32,000 nucleotides of DNA from Candidatus Thalassarchaeaceae archaeon (GCA_045568075.1 JBJLBP010000001.1:150001-182000), one strand, 5' to 3'. Shown: positions 1 to 8,788, counted from the first letter of the stretch. Numbers and translations: made by a program. The notes: a model not told the origin generated them from the sequence alone.

Positions 1-1
1 C

Positions 2-490
2 GAGGTCTGGCCGATGCGAGTCTACATCGGCCCAGGGCCTAACCACGATCACCTCGATCAGCCCGGAATGGTGGGGTTGTCCAACTGGATAGGTTCGGAC
101 GCCCTAGGATTAGAGGAGCAAATGGGGACTCTGGTCGGAACCAACTACTCCGCGGACACTTGGAAGACTGATGTTTGGTTGGATATGGATAGGCCGGAAA
201 TAATCGTCTACGAGGATACCACGGCCCGAAGCGACCACGCCAGCTTCCAAGACAATCTCGGGACGGTTACTGTTGGATTCGGTGGCTTGGTGGATGGTTA
301 TTGGTGCTATCACCAGACTTGTGACACCCTCCAAGAGATGGAGGAGTGGATGGACACTACAGGCAAGGATTACGGCGAGGATAACACAGGCGTGGCCAAC
401 CTCGTCAACAGCCTCGACATGATTACGTGGTGGGCGCTGATGACCTTCTTCCATTGCGACGAGAAGCCGGTTCTCAATGCACTAGAATGA
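2..490 (+). CDS. hypothetical protein, probable C-terminal fragment (frame open to the left window edge)
   Basis: Track ORF 14..490. The same frame has no stop back to base 2, so the protein probably begins left of the window. The sequence is acidic and W/Y-rich with no motif I recognise. It ends 1 nt from the convergent SOUL gene. A 114-aa antisense ORF (110..454) competes, so confidence is only moderate. Confidence 0.4.
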   Translation, partial: EVWPMRVYIGPGPNHDHLDQPGMVGLSNWIGSDALGLEEQMGTLVGTNYSADTWKTDVWLDMDRPEIIVYEDTTARSDHASFQDNLGTVTVGFGGLVDGYWCYHQTCDTLQEMEEWMDTTGKDYGEDNTGVANLVNSLDMITWWALMTFFHCDEKPVLNALE

Positions 491-491
491 T

Positions 492-1013
492 TCACCACTC
501 TATTGGGATGTGGATCTCGTTCCTGCGCATGAATGGGAGCGTTGACATTGGGTTGTCATAAACCGCTAGCTTTGCTTGCGAAGAAGGTGTTAATCCCTCG
601 ACTTCAATCAGATTTGTTAGTTTTCTTTGCAATCTAGACACCTTGCTGGGACGAGAAAGTCCTGAGAATTTCAGAACCGCAACGACTTCTCCCTCAACGT
701 GGAGTAAATCTACCCCTGAATCGTTGGGTATTGGCAAGTCTTCCATCTTATGCTCAGATGGCATTGTAAAGGCCATCAAGGACTCTTCTTCTGATTTCCA
801 AATGTGAACCGGGGCGGTCATCGCAATACTTTGCTGCCGCTCGTTTCCGCCGAATATGTAGCCTGCAATCCTTCTGAAAGGCCTTGCAGCGTTTCCGTAA
901 TCCATTCCCTGTGTTACAACTCTAGCCTGTATGGTATCGGCGTATTTTCTAACTTCGAATTTCTTGTATTTACGCAGAGTTTCATATTGCGGTTCTTCAA
1001 GATCTTCGGCCAT
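492..1013 (-). CDS. SOUL/HEBP-family heme-binding protein
   Basis: Track ORF 492..1112 trimmed to the internal ATG (M34, base 1013), because the longer form overlaps the upstream M50 gene. From that start the protein reads EEPQYETLRKYKKFEVRKY and later FRRIAGYIFGGNERQQSIAMTAPV, the two signature blocks of the SOUL heme-binding family. Confidence 0.85.
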   Translation of the reverse strand: MAEDLEEPQYETLRKYKKFEVRKYADTIQARVVTQGMDYGNAARPFRRIAGYIFGGNERQQSIAMTAPVHIWKSEEESLMAFTMPSEHKMEDLPIPNDSGVDLLHVEGEVVAVLKFSGLSRPSKVSRLQRKLTNLIEVEGLTPSSQAKLAVYDNPMSTLPFMRRNEIHIPIEW

Positions 1014-1021
1014 GTTAGACA

Positions 1022-1933
1022 CTACTCCAACAAGGTTGGCAAGATGTTGAGATTGAACCAAATCAACCCCGCGAATACCGAGACCCAAATCCAATACACT
1101 ACGTTTGACCAAGTCTTGACTTTTCTTCCATCAAGGGGGCCGAATGGAATCATATTGAATGCTCCAAGACCCGCATTACCCCAGCACCAGAGGTAAAGTA
1201 ATCCTCTTTCTTTCCCACCAATCAGAGAGGTAAATTCTGTGGTTTCAAGACCAAGGACAATCAAACCTATTCCAATACCCCACATGATAACATTACTCAG
1301 TGGTCCTGCTAGGGCTATTTTGCCAAATTGTTCCTTGGTTGTTTTACCCATCACCATGACGGCCCCAGGAGCCATGAAAACTACTCCGATTAAAGCGGCG
1401 AGAATGACTCCGAACCTTAGCCCGCCAGGTGATGCTCTAAATTCGGCCCAACAACCATAGTGGCGAGCTGATACCTTGTGAGCCATCTCGTGAACGATGA
1501 ATGCAGGGGCTATTGGAATTATCCAGAATATCCCGCCTCTTACGAATTCACTCGGATCATTTAGTGCTCCGAATATCCCACCCACATTCATGAAGGCGAG
1601 TGCGAGCGAGAAGGCAAGTGTCGCCTGAGTTAGATGCTCGATTTCGATTTTGGAAAAGTGCCATATTGAGCCCTTGTGAATGTAGACTCTGCGTGGTTGT
1701 GGCTCTTCACCAAATACTCGGAAGAAAGGCTGTCCGCCTTGGCCTTTGTTAGCGAAAACAACTCTGACGTGTGGCTTTCGCCAATTCCCATCATCGCGCG
1801 CACGCGTGTGACTTCCAGGAGACTGTGTGCGATCAAAGGGGTCGTCCTCGAGCCGGGAGGCGCGTGGGTCTCTCTCTGCCGACATCTGGTCATCCCCTCC
1901 CTCGCGACTCGTTTGAAGGCTCGTAGTATTCAA
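1022..1933 (-). CDS. site-2 protease family (peptidase M50) intramembrane metalloprotease
   Basis: HEMAHK (HExxH) lies in a hydrophobic helix, and NMIPFGPLDGRK (NxxPxxxLDG) follows; several TM helices are present. The track start is a TTG overlapping the upstream stop, and the first in-frame ATG is M17 (base 1885). The N-terminal ~100 aa are charged and low-complexity. Confidence 0.9.
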   Translation of the reverse strand: MNTTSLQTSREGGDDQMSAERDPRASRLEDDPFDRTQSPGSHTRARDDGNWRKPHVRVVFANKGQGGQPFFRVFGEEPQPRRVYIHKGSIWHFSKIEIEHLTQATLAFSLALAFMNVGGIFGALNDPSEFVRGGIFWIIPIAPAFIVHEMAHKVSARHYGCWAEFRASPGGLRFGVILAALIGVVFMAPGAVMVMGKTTKEQFGKIALAGPLSNVIMWGIGIGLIVLGLETTEFTSLIGGKERGLLYLWCWGNAGLGAFNMIPFGPLDGRKVKTWSNVVYWIWVSVFAGLIWFNLNILPTLLE

Positions 1934-2442
1934 TCCTCATCCAAGAGTTCGCCGACCTCATCCATCAAGTCGTCCCAAGAGGGCACCTCGGGCCTATCTG
2001 CGGTGCCAAACATAGCAAGCATCTCCTCCCTCTCCTCGGCATTAGGAGCTCGGTCCGACCACGGATTTTGATTTGCTACATCGCGGATGAGGGACTTGTC
2101 TTCCTTCTGGCGTTGCTTGGCAAACCTCGCCTCTACTTGCTCCATAGTAATCACTTCCTCAACGCCCTGGTGGGCATCGATCAATCGTTGGTACGCAAGC
2201 ATGTATTCTCCATGTTCGCTGTCGTCAATGTGCTTACCCGGTTCGGCGAGCATAGTGACGTGTTCGCGAGCGAGACGTTCCGCCTTACTGCTCGCGGGTC
2301 CGCTAGTCAATTTGTCCCGCGCCCTTGCATGAGAGTCGATACACTGACGGCAACGCTCTGTACCTGGCACGTCCGGAGCATCGCAAGTCAGACAGCAGAC
2401 TACGAAACCCATCTGTTCCATTGCACGACGTGGGAGCGACAT
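1930..2442 (-). CDS. hypothetical soluble protein with N-terminal zinc-ribbon-like CxxC...CxxC and acidic C-terminus
   Basis: 170-aa ORF with an ATG start and no hydrophobic helix. VVCCLTCDAPDVPGTERCRQC gives two Cys knuckles 10 residues apart. The middle is helical and the tail is acidic (WDDLMDEVGELLDED). No family recognised. Confidence 0.6.
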   Translation of the reverse strand: MSLPRRAMEQMGFVVCCLTCDAPDVPGTERCRQCIDSHARARDKLTSGPASSKAERLAREHVTMLAEPGKHIDDSEHGEYMLAYQRLIDAHQGVEEVITMEQVEARFAKQRQKEDKSLIRDVANQNPWSDRAPNAEEREEMLAMFGTADRPEVPSWDDLMDEVGELLDED

Positions 2443-2484
2443 GATTGAACAGCGGTCATGGTAATGAGAGATGAATGCTCCCGC

Positions 2485-4950
2485 TCACTCATCGCTTTCG
2501 GACAAATTTTTCCGGGCGATGAGAACGCCAACCAGCGCAATTGCTGCAATACCAATCGCTGCTAGTATAATCGGCATGAGCCTTGATTCTGCAACTAGAG
2601 AGGGTTCTGGGCTTGGTTGTGGCTCGGGTTCGGGCTCGGGTTCGGGCTCTGGAGTCGAGAATGTGATTGTCAATTCCTCGATTTGGAATGAGGTGCCGAA
2701 AGATCCGTTGACGACGACGGTTTGGCCGTCGTCGACCGCTACCATCAGTAGATGAGTACCTTCAGCGAGACGGCCGTATTCCTTGCCATCGACGTTTATC
2801 GAGGTCTTACAGCCGCCTTCACAAGTCAGAGTCATAGCAATTCTAGCCATTCCCGGCGCCATCATCTCATTCAGTAATTCGAGTTCAACAGTGATTGCTG
2901 GACAGCCTCCTACTGAGCCAACCGTTTCTGGACATGGGTCTTCTGAATCCATCAGACCGTCAGAATCTGTATCCCTTTGGCTGGGGCCGCAGCCATCTCG
3001 ATCCGCGTCCTCACCTTCCGGGGTTTCTGGGCATTGGTCTTCAGAGTCAGTGTATCCATCTAAATCAGAATCTCGCTGACTGGCGCTGCAGCCATTTTCG
3101 TCCACCTGCTCATCGGAATCTGTTCCGGAGCATTGGTCGGACTCATCAGACACACCATCTCCATCTGCGTCTCTCTGGGCTGCAGAACAGCCGTTTTCAT
3201 CAACCAGTTTTCCAGTAGCGGTCGAAGGACACAGATCGAATGCGTCCAATATCCCATCAGAATCAGTGTCACGCTGATAGGCCGAACATCCCTGGTCGTC
3301 GACCTCTCGGCCCGGTATGGTCGCACTGCAATCATCCAGAGCATTGACTATTCCATCGAGGTCGTAATCAGCTTGCATCTCACTACATCCTTGGGAGTTC
3401 ACTGAGGCTCCACTCGCCGTCTCCGGGCATTGGTCATCAGCGTCGCTGACGCCGTCTCCATCACTATCGCGCTGGCTCGCAGCACAACCATTCTCGTCAA
3501 CGGTTTGACCATCGGGGGTGCCAGCGCAGTCATCGTCCTCATCGAGTATACCGTCGCCGTCAGTATCGACAGGGGGTGGACAACCGTCGCTGTCGACCTC
3601 CTCGCCCGGCCGGCTGTCATCACAGAGATCTTCGTCATCGGCTAGGCCATCGCCATCGTAATCCGACTCGCCAACTAACTCCTTCACAAACATCGCGATA
3701 TACTTGTGAACCGCCATAGTTGGATGCTTATCATCGAAGAAGATGAAACGGTTCGGAACTGGATCTATCGGATCATTAGAATCACAGGTGATTCCACTGT
3801 GCTCACATGCAGAGTGGGTGATGTTGTCAAAACCGAATGCAGATGGATTCCAGTAAATTTCCTCGAATGCTTGCCAGGCAGGTATCAGATAGACTGTGGT
3901 GCCATACTCAGATGTCAAATCCGTCGCTAGTGTTGCTATACCTGCGTTGAACTCGTCGATGCGCTCGGCCTTCTCTGCCTTCGATTCTGCTGAGTCGTCG
4001 CGGAACTCTGGGATTCTGTCAATAGGAGGGAGTTCGAACAGAAGCAACGTCTCAGCTCCATCATCTATGACCTGAATAGCGTGCTCCTCGATATTGTTAA
4101 CAATCTCCATACCATTATCGACACCATTGCGTATGTCGTTACCTCCGGCCCAAATTCCGATCGCCTCATCAGCATCAAATGAGAAAGTATCAGTGTAATC
4201 GTCAACCTGTCTACCGACATTCGTGACGACCCAGAGGTAGTAGCCATTCTCGGATGTCGCACCGCCATATGCACGGTTATTGCCAGAATCCGATCCTTGG
4301 CCAATCGTTGTGCTCACACCCATCCACTGGTGTACGCGATCGAGCCAAACTTTGCCATTGGTAAATCGGCCGCCGAAATATGGTGGGCTATCGGGGGTAC
4401 CCCATTCTCGGTAGGAATTTCCTGTATCTGAGAGGCTGTCACCGAACATCACGAGGTCGGTCCAATCGGGTGAGAGAGATTTACGGAAGACTGCAAATTT
4501 CTGTTCTGTATCTGTAATCGAAGCCGGATCACCGGCCTTCTGGATGCTTGCGGTGAGTAAGTAGAGGTGGGAATCGGTTGAGAAATGCCAGACCTCAATC
4601 GCTTCGTAATGATTCGAACCAGATGGTTGGAAATAGAACAAATCTGAAGCGAGTGAGTTGCCTTGAGTTGTGTTTCCTTCACGAAGATTCCACGAAAGGA
4701 TGTAGGTGTCTGTGCTCGACAATCCCGAGAGGCTGAAGACTGCTTGCAGCGACTCGTCCGACATCATTACCTTCTCATTGATATCGACAGAGATACCCAG
4801 AAGCGGATCCTTCGCTGAACCTCTCGCTGTGTCACTTCCTGAATCGGCGAGTGCGGTATTACTTGAGCTCGAAAGAAGCAAGAGAGAGATCAGAATCAAT
4901 GCAACTTGCCTATTCTTCAGAATCGAGGGGTTGGTTTTCGCGCCTTGCAT
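2485..4950 (-). CDS. secreted, C-terminally membrane-anchored SGNH/GDSL hydrolase with thrombospondin-type-3 (TSP3) calcium-binding repeats
   Basis: Sec-type signal peptide (ALILISLLLLSSSSNTALA/DS). SGNH blocks are present: LVMFGDSLSDTGN (block I), IWAGGNDI (block III) and FFDDKHPT (block V). These are followed by 8 TSP3-like repeats, a beta-rich module, a PEPEPEPEPEPQPSPEP stalk, a C-terminal TM helix (PIILAAIGIAAIALVGVLIA) and a short charged tail. Confidence 0.85.
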   Translation of the reverse strand: MQGAKTNPSILKNRQVALILISLLLLSSSSNTALADSGSDTARGSAKDPLLGISVDINEKVMMSDESLQAVFSLSGLSSTDTYILSWNLREGNTTQGNSLASDLFYFQPSGSNHYEAIEVWHFSTDSHLYLLTASIQKAGDPASITDTEQKFAVFRKSLSPDWTDLVMFGDSLSDTGNSYREWGTPDSPPYFGGRFTNGKVWLDRVHQWMGVSTTIGQGSDSGNNRAYGGATSENGYYLWVVTNVGRQVDDYTDTFSFDADEAIGIWAGGNDIRNGVDNGMEIVNNIEEHAIQVIDDGAETLLLFELPPIDRIPEFRDDSAESKAEKAERIDEFNAGIATLATDLTSEYGTTVYLIPAWQAFEEIYWNPSAFGFDNITHSACEHSGITCDSNDPIDPVPNRFIFFDDKHPTMAVHKYIAMFVKELVGESDYDGDGLADDEDLCDDSRPGEEVDSDGCPPPVDTDGDGILDEDDDCAGTPDGQTVDENGCAASQRDSDGDGVSDADDQCPETASGASVNSQGCSEMQADYDLDGIVNALDDCSATIPGREVDDQGCSAYQRDTDSDGILDAFDLCPSTATGKLVDENGCSAAQRDADGDGVSDESDQCSGTDSDEQVDENGCSASQRDSDLDGYTDSEDQCPETPEGEDADRDGCGPSQRDTDSDGLMDSEDPCPETVGSVGGCPAITVELELLNEMMAPGMARIAMTLTCEGGCKTSINVDGKEYGRLAEGTHLLMVAVDDGQTVVVNGSFGTSFQIEELTITFSTPEPEPEPEPEPQPSPEPSLVAESRLMPIILAAIGIAAIALVGVLIARKNLSESDE
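2599..2652 (-). repeat. short tandem GGCTCGGGTTCG-type DNA repeat encoding a (PE)n stalk
   Basis: The plus strand reads ggctcgggttcgggctcgggttcgggctctgg. On the coding strand this translates to PEPEPEPEPEPQPSPEP (residues 767-784), immediately before the C-terminal TM helix. Confidence 0.7.
2920..3666 (-). repeat. array of 8 TSP3-like repeats (protein level, about 33 aa / 99 nt period) inside the GDSL hydrolase gene
   Basis: Residues 429-677. The recurring unit is D-x-D-x-D-G-x-x-D-x-x-D-x-C-P-x-T ... V-D-E-N-G-C-S-x-x-Q-R, for example DSDGDGVSDADDQCPET, DTDSDGILDAFDLCPST, DADGDGVSDESDQCSGT, DSDLDGYTDSEDQCPET and DTDSDGLMDSEDPCPET. The copies are diverged at nucleotide level. Confidence 0.8.
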
Positions 4951-4964
4951 CGCTCATCAACTCC

Positions 4965-6764
4965 TCAATTATCTCTCTGTGGTGTGATTAGAACATTCGA
5001 GCCGTCGCGATCGATGAGTGGTAGAGAGAGTGTGCTATCGTCGATAATATGCACGTGCACTGGACAGGCTGCTCCGCAGGCTGGAGCGAGGTAGTCCTTG
5101 CCAGAGGTCGTCATCACTAGTTTGATTCCGTTTCCTGCTGGAAGAAGGTGGTCGATACCTTGGAATTCCATCATCATCGTTACTGTCTGACCTGGGATTA
5201 TTCCAGTAGGTTCGTTTCCTCCGGAATGGTATCGAATATCCATCGTCGCATGACCAATCCTAATTCCAGTAATCGAATCTTGCATTTCGACGAATACTTG
5301 TCCGCCATCATACACTGCAGAAGCGAGCAAATGTAATCGAACAAGGCCGGAAATATGCACGTCCTCATCGAAGGCTGGGCACTCAACAATGACTTCACTG
5401 ACGCCCCCAATAACCGGCGCTCCCCCTACCCACGAGTTGCCTTGATTTGTGCAATCACCAAGAGATATGTCGGTCCAATTGATGTCACGGGGGGGCCAGG
5501 TTTGCTCGATTCGCCACTCGCCGTCTGTACGTTGAATCTGGGCTGAGAGATCGGGTTTCGGGCCAATTCCTTTGAGATAGTATTCGAACCACTCAAACAA
5601 ATCCTGTGCCCAGTCCCAGCGCGTCATATTATCGCGAGCCTCGAAGCCATTGCCACTACTCACGCCATCGTGGCTGGAAACTTGGTCAGGGTAATGGTGA
5701 CCCCATTGACCTAGTATTCCTCTGACATCGTACCCGGCATCGATGTATTCCTGATACCAATTTACTCCAACAGGCCCTCCGAACACTTGGTGAGGATCAA
5801 CGTTCCAATCTTGCATTCCCTGAACCCAGTAAATACTTCCATTCCAATTTCCAAATGCCTTGTCGATATGGCTTCTCTCGTCGTAATAATTTTGCATATA
5901 GGGATCCATTTCCCCACCAATGTAAGTTACCGGTCCCGCGAAAAGTCCCTCGGCGATATCAGGGCAAACATTGTCTAAGTCGTCCTCATTGTAGTCGACT
6001 GTGCTCGAGAAGTAATTCATGTGCATGACTTGGCTTCTCGCCTCAGCACTGCCGTTTTTGTACAATAGAGGATGTAGTGCTGTAGTCCCCGAAATCGGTA
6101 CGATTGTTTTCAGATACTCACTACCCTGAGCCGCTGCCTCCCATTGAGTAGCGCCCTCGTAGGACTTGCCATATAGGCCGACGTGACCATTACTCCATTC
6201 CTGTGATCCAAGCCATTCTACTGCGTGATGAATGCCCCATCCTTCGCCAGCTCCACGGTAATCGAAGCATCCACTGGAAAGTTCAGTCCCGAAGACGCTG
6301 GCTTGGGCCAATGCATAGCCGTGAGGAACGAAATTTCGGAAAATGAACTCCCCTCGACCGGCAGCTACTACGTTGGTTGGGTTGGATTCGTCTCCGGGCT
6401 GGCCGTAGGAGAAATATGGGCTGATTATTGCGATAACAGGGACCTTTTCACCTTCCAAGGTATTGTTTGGAAGCCAATAGGATAGGTGAACTGTGGATTG
6501 AGCAGGGCCTGTCTCCCAAACTTGACTGGTATCGACCTCTATGAATGCCTCTTGAACATCAAGGGCGTGGTATGGCCCTGGCTCTAGAAGATATGACATC
6601 GTGTCGTTAGTTTGCCACTCTAGAGTGTGTCTATCCCAAATCGATGGGTATGGATTTTCATCCATCTTTTCAGGGGTTTCTTCGGTAGCCCAGAACATGC
6701 AGCCGGAGAGGCTCATCGCTAGCAACATCAGGACCGCTGCTCCCGCGCGCGTGCGCCGCCTCAT
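4965..6764 (-). CDS. X-Pro dipeptidyl-peptidase (S15) / CocE-NonD family serine hydrolase, predicted lipoprotein
   Basis: GLYGKSYEGATQW matches the GxSYxG nucleophile elbow of the S15/CocE-NonD family. An N-terminal VPVIAIISPY block and a C-terminal beta-sandwich-like region (HISGLVRLHLLASAVYDGGQVFVEMQD) are also present. The track start (6821) is a TTG. I use the in-frame ATG at 6764, which gives MRRRTRAGAAVLMLLAMSLSGC, a basic n-region followed by an LSGC lipobox. A 14-nt spacer with GGAG precedes the downstream GDSL gene. Confidence 0.8.
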   Translation of the reverse strand: MRRRTRAGAAVLMLLAMSLSGCMFWATEETPEKMDENPYPSIWDRHTLEWQTNDTMSYLLEPGPYHALDVQEAFIEVDTSQVWETGPAQSTVHLSYWLPNNTLEGEKVPVIAIISPYFSYGQPGDESNPTNVVAAGRGEFIFRNFVPHGYALAQASVFGTELSSGCFDYRGAGEGWGIHHAVEWLGSQEWSNGHVGLYGKSYEGATQWEAAAQGSEYLKTIVPISGTTALHPLLYKNGSAEARSQVMHMNYFSSTVDYNEDDLDNVCPDIAEGLFAGPVTYIGGEMDPYMQNYYDERSHIDKAFGNWNGSIYWVQGMQDWNVDPHQVFGGPVGVNWYQEYIDAGYDVRGILGQWGHHYPDQVSSHDGVSSGNGFEARDNMTRWDWAQDLFEWFEYYLKGIGPKPDLSAQIQRTDGEWRIEQTWPPRDINWTDISLGDCTNQGNSWVGGAPVIGGVSEVIVECPAFDEDVHISGLVRLHLLASAVYDGGQVFVEMQDSITGIRIGHATMDIRYHSGGNEPTGIIPGQTVTMMMEFQGIDHLLPAGNGIKLVMTTSGKDYLAPACGAACPVHVHIIDDSTLSLPLIDRDGSNVLITPQRDN

Positions 6765-6832
6765 GGAGGCGGCGAGAGGAAGCAGACATCTCAAACCTGC
6801 GGATTGAAAACTAGAGGGCAAGTGGTAATTGT

Positions 6833-8347
6833 GTGGATACCGAAATAGTTCATCGCCGTCGCTGGATGATTCTCGGTGTCATGAGTCTTAGTCTTGTTAT
6901 TGTGATGCTCAATAATGTGACACTGAACGTCGCTCTTCCTGAACTCTCAAAGGATCTTCGAGCAGATAATACCGAGTTGCAGTGGATTCTAGATGCCTAT
7001 GCATTAGTCTTCGGCGGATTGCTTCTTGTTATGGGTGCCCTTGGCGATCGATTCGGTCGCAAAGGCGCCCTGCAAATTGGGCTCTTGTTAGTTGCAACCG
7101 CTTCTGCCCTGACCGCGATGTATGCATCGACATCGGGCGAGGTAATTGTTGCCCGCGCGGTAATGGGAATTGGAGCAGCCCTCGTGATGCCGGCAACGCT
7201 CTCTGTGGTGGTGGTTGTATTCCCTCCTGAAGAAAGGGGCAAAGCGGTTGGAATATGGGCCGCTATGGCCGGAGTCGGCGCTCCACTTGGTCTACTTGTA
7301 GGAGGGTGGGCTGTGGAGAATTACGATTGGCAAATGGTCTTCTGGATTAATGTTCCAATTATCGCTTTAGCACTACTTCTCGGGCTATTTCTCGTGCCCA
7401 AATCTAAGGATAATCAAGAGCGCCCTCTCGATCCTATTGGGGCCTTCCTTTCCATAGGCGCATTGGGTTCAATTCTCTACGCCATAATCGAGGCCCCGAG
7501 TCATGGATGGACGTCGCCAGAAACGATTGGAGTGGCGGGCCTCGGCTTGCTGTTTACTCTAGCATTCATCCAATGGGAGAGGCGTGTTGAGCATCCAATG
7601 CTGCCAATCGAATTCTTCTCCTCACCTGGCTTTACCATGGGATTGATTGCAATCATGTTAGCATTCTTCGTTATGTTTTCTTTCATGTTCACGCAAATGC
7701 TTCATTTCCAATTGGTACGAGGACACACAGCCCTAGATGCGGCTTTGAGATTCCTTCCTCTACCGCTGGGGTTGATGCCTGCGGCAGCTAACTCAGATCG
7801 TCTGGTTGCGCGATTCGGAAGTAATCGAATTGTCAGTACTGGTCTAACTTTGGTCGCCATTGGAATGGTCCTCTTCACCACTGTAACTATTGATACGGAA
7901 TATCTTCAAATCGCTGTCACCTTCTTCCTTCTAGGGCTTGGTATGGGACTAACTATGGCGCCTTCTACTACTCTTGTAATGGATTCAATCCCTGAAGACA
8001 AGGCAGGGGTAGGGAGTGCCACAAACGATGCAAGTAGAGAAATCGGCGGCGCGCTTGGAATTGCGATTGGCGGTTCTGTGCTCAACGAATATTACCAACG
8101 TAGCCTAGTGGTTCCTGAGGAACTAGAACATCTTGATTCCGTTCTTCGTGAATCATTCCCCGCAGCGATGAGGATTGGAGGGGATATGCTGTCAGAAGGT
8201 AATGAGGTAGGCGCCCAGTTAATTGAATCCGCAAGACTTGCATTTGTAGACGGAATGATTGCATCCGCTTGGGTAGGGGCGGTAATTGCCCTTACCAATG
8301 CGTTGCTAGTCTGGAAATTTATGCCTTCGCGTGCAATCTATGATTAA
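6833..8347 (+). CDS. MFS transporter, DHA2 (EmrB/QacA-like, 14-TMS) drug:H+ antiporter family
   Basis: About 14 hydrophobic segments. MFS motif A is present as GALGDRFGRKGAL after TM2. The N-terminus RRRWMILGVMSLSLVIVMLNNVTLNVALPEL is typical of DHA2 members. GTG start. Confidence 0.9.
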   Translation: MDTEIVHRRRWMILGVMSLSLVIVMLNNVTLNVALPELSKDLRADNTELQWILDAYALVFGGLLLVMGALGDRFGRKGALQIGLLLVATASALTAMYASTSGEVIVARAVMGIGAALVMPATLSVVVVVFPPEERGKAVGIWAAMAGVGAPLGLLVGGWAVENYDWQMVFWINVPIIALALLLGLFLVPKSKDNQERPLDPIGAFLSIGALGSILYAIIEAPSHGWTSPETIGVAGLGLLFTLAFIQWERRVEHPMLPIEFFSSPGFTMGLIAIMLAFFVMFSFMFTQMLHFQLVRGHTALDAALRFLPLPLGLMPAAANSDRLVARFGSNRIVSTGLTLVAIGMVLFTTVTIDTEYLQIAVTFFLLGLGMGLTMAPSTTLVMDSIPEDKAGVGSATNDASREIGGALGIAIGGSVLNEYYQRSLVVPEELEHLDSVLRESFPAAMRIGGDMLSEGNEVGAQLIESARLAFVDGMIASAWVGAVIALTNALLVWKFMPSRAIYD

Positions 8348-8353
8348 GAAAAT

Positions 8354-8788
8354 TCACTCTCGGTTGAGGACCATATGGAGTAAGAGTCCAACCGGCATCA
8401 GCATGACCCCGAAGAAGACAATCCCTCGTGTTTGATTAATTCCGATTTCATTCTCAATCGCCTTGCGCCACATCCACCTAGTGGCAATTATGTCGCCTGC
8501 GACCATATGGGTCCATGCAAGAACCGTTCCCGACTCCGTTCCCAGAAGATTGACCATAGTATCCATCATGTCAGCAGGATTTCCAGAAAATAATTCTATC
8601 ATGCCGCTTGGATCAACAATTATTGTGGCAAAATATGCAACTAAGGGTCCGATGAAAAGAGTATTTCCTTCCACCCATTTCGAAGTTCTTTCAGATGTGG
8701 GTTCAATCATCATAAGCAACCAAAAAGGCCCAACCCAAATAGTTGGAATCAGAAACAGTACCGCATAAATCAATTCCATATCAATCAC
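8354..8788 (-). CDS. ABA4-like (DUF4281) family small membrane protein
   Basis: 144 aa with about 4 TM helices. The C-terminal block LAWTHMVAGDIIATRWMWRKAIENEIGINQTRGIVFFGVMLMPVGLLLH matches my memory of the conserved AW-x-H...D...R...EN-x-I...P-x-G...H block of plant ABA4 and its prokaryotic homologues; this needs HMM confirmation. The track start is a GTG overlapping the upstream gene by 8 nt, with an alternative ATG at 8779. Confidence 0.55.
   Translation of the reverse strand: MIDMELIYAVLFLIPTIWVGPFWLLMMIEPTSERTSKWVEGNTLFIGPLVAYFATIIVDPSGMIELFSGNPADMMDTMVNLLGTESGTVLAWTHMVAGDIIATRWMWRKAIENEIGINQTRGIVFFGVMLMPVGLLLHMVLNRE

Noticed and set aside
1014-1112. N-terminal extensions offered by the ORF track at 1014..1112. 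The same applies to 6765..6821, 9381..9452, 16350..16406, 19625..19657 and 25461..25559.
   Set aside because: The extensions at 6765..6821, 16350..16406 and 19625..19657 begin at TTG codons. Those at 1014..1112, 9381..9452 and 25461..25559 overlap the upstream neighbour. All add residues unlike the family N-termini. In each case an internal ATG gives a canonical N-terminus (a signal peptide or a conserved first motif), often with an SD-like sequence upstream.
2485-2652. The (PE)n stalk plus C-terminal TM helix, as a possible PGF-CTERM/PEF-CTERM archaeosortase sorting signal.
   Set aside because: There is no PGF or PEF tripeptide before the helix (the sequence is SRLMPIILAAIG...), and the tail after the helix (RKNLSESDE) is longer and more acidic than typical sorting signals. 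I treat it as a plain TM anchor.
2471-2755. A 94-aa plus-strand ORF with a GSGSGSGSGSG run.
   Set aside because: It is the antisense reading of the (PE)n stalk and TM anchor of the GDSL hydrolase gene. The low-complexity run is a mirror of the PEPEPE codons.
2920-3666. A ~99-nt periodic region, considered as a CRISPR-like or tandem DNA repeat array.
   Set aside because: The periodicity is at protein level (TSP3 units) inside one continuous ORF. The nucleotide copies are diverged, and there is no repeat-spacer structure.
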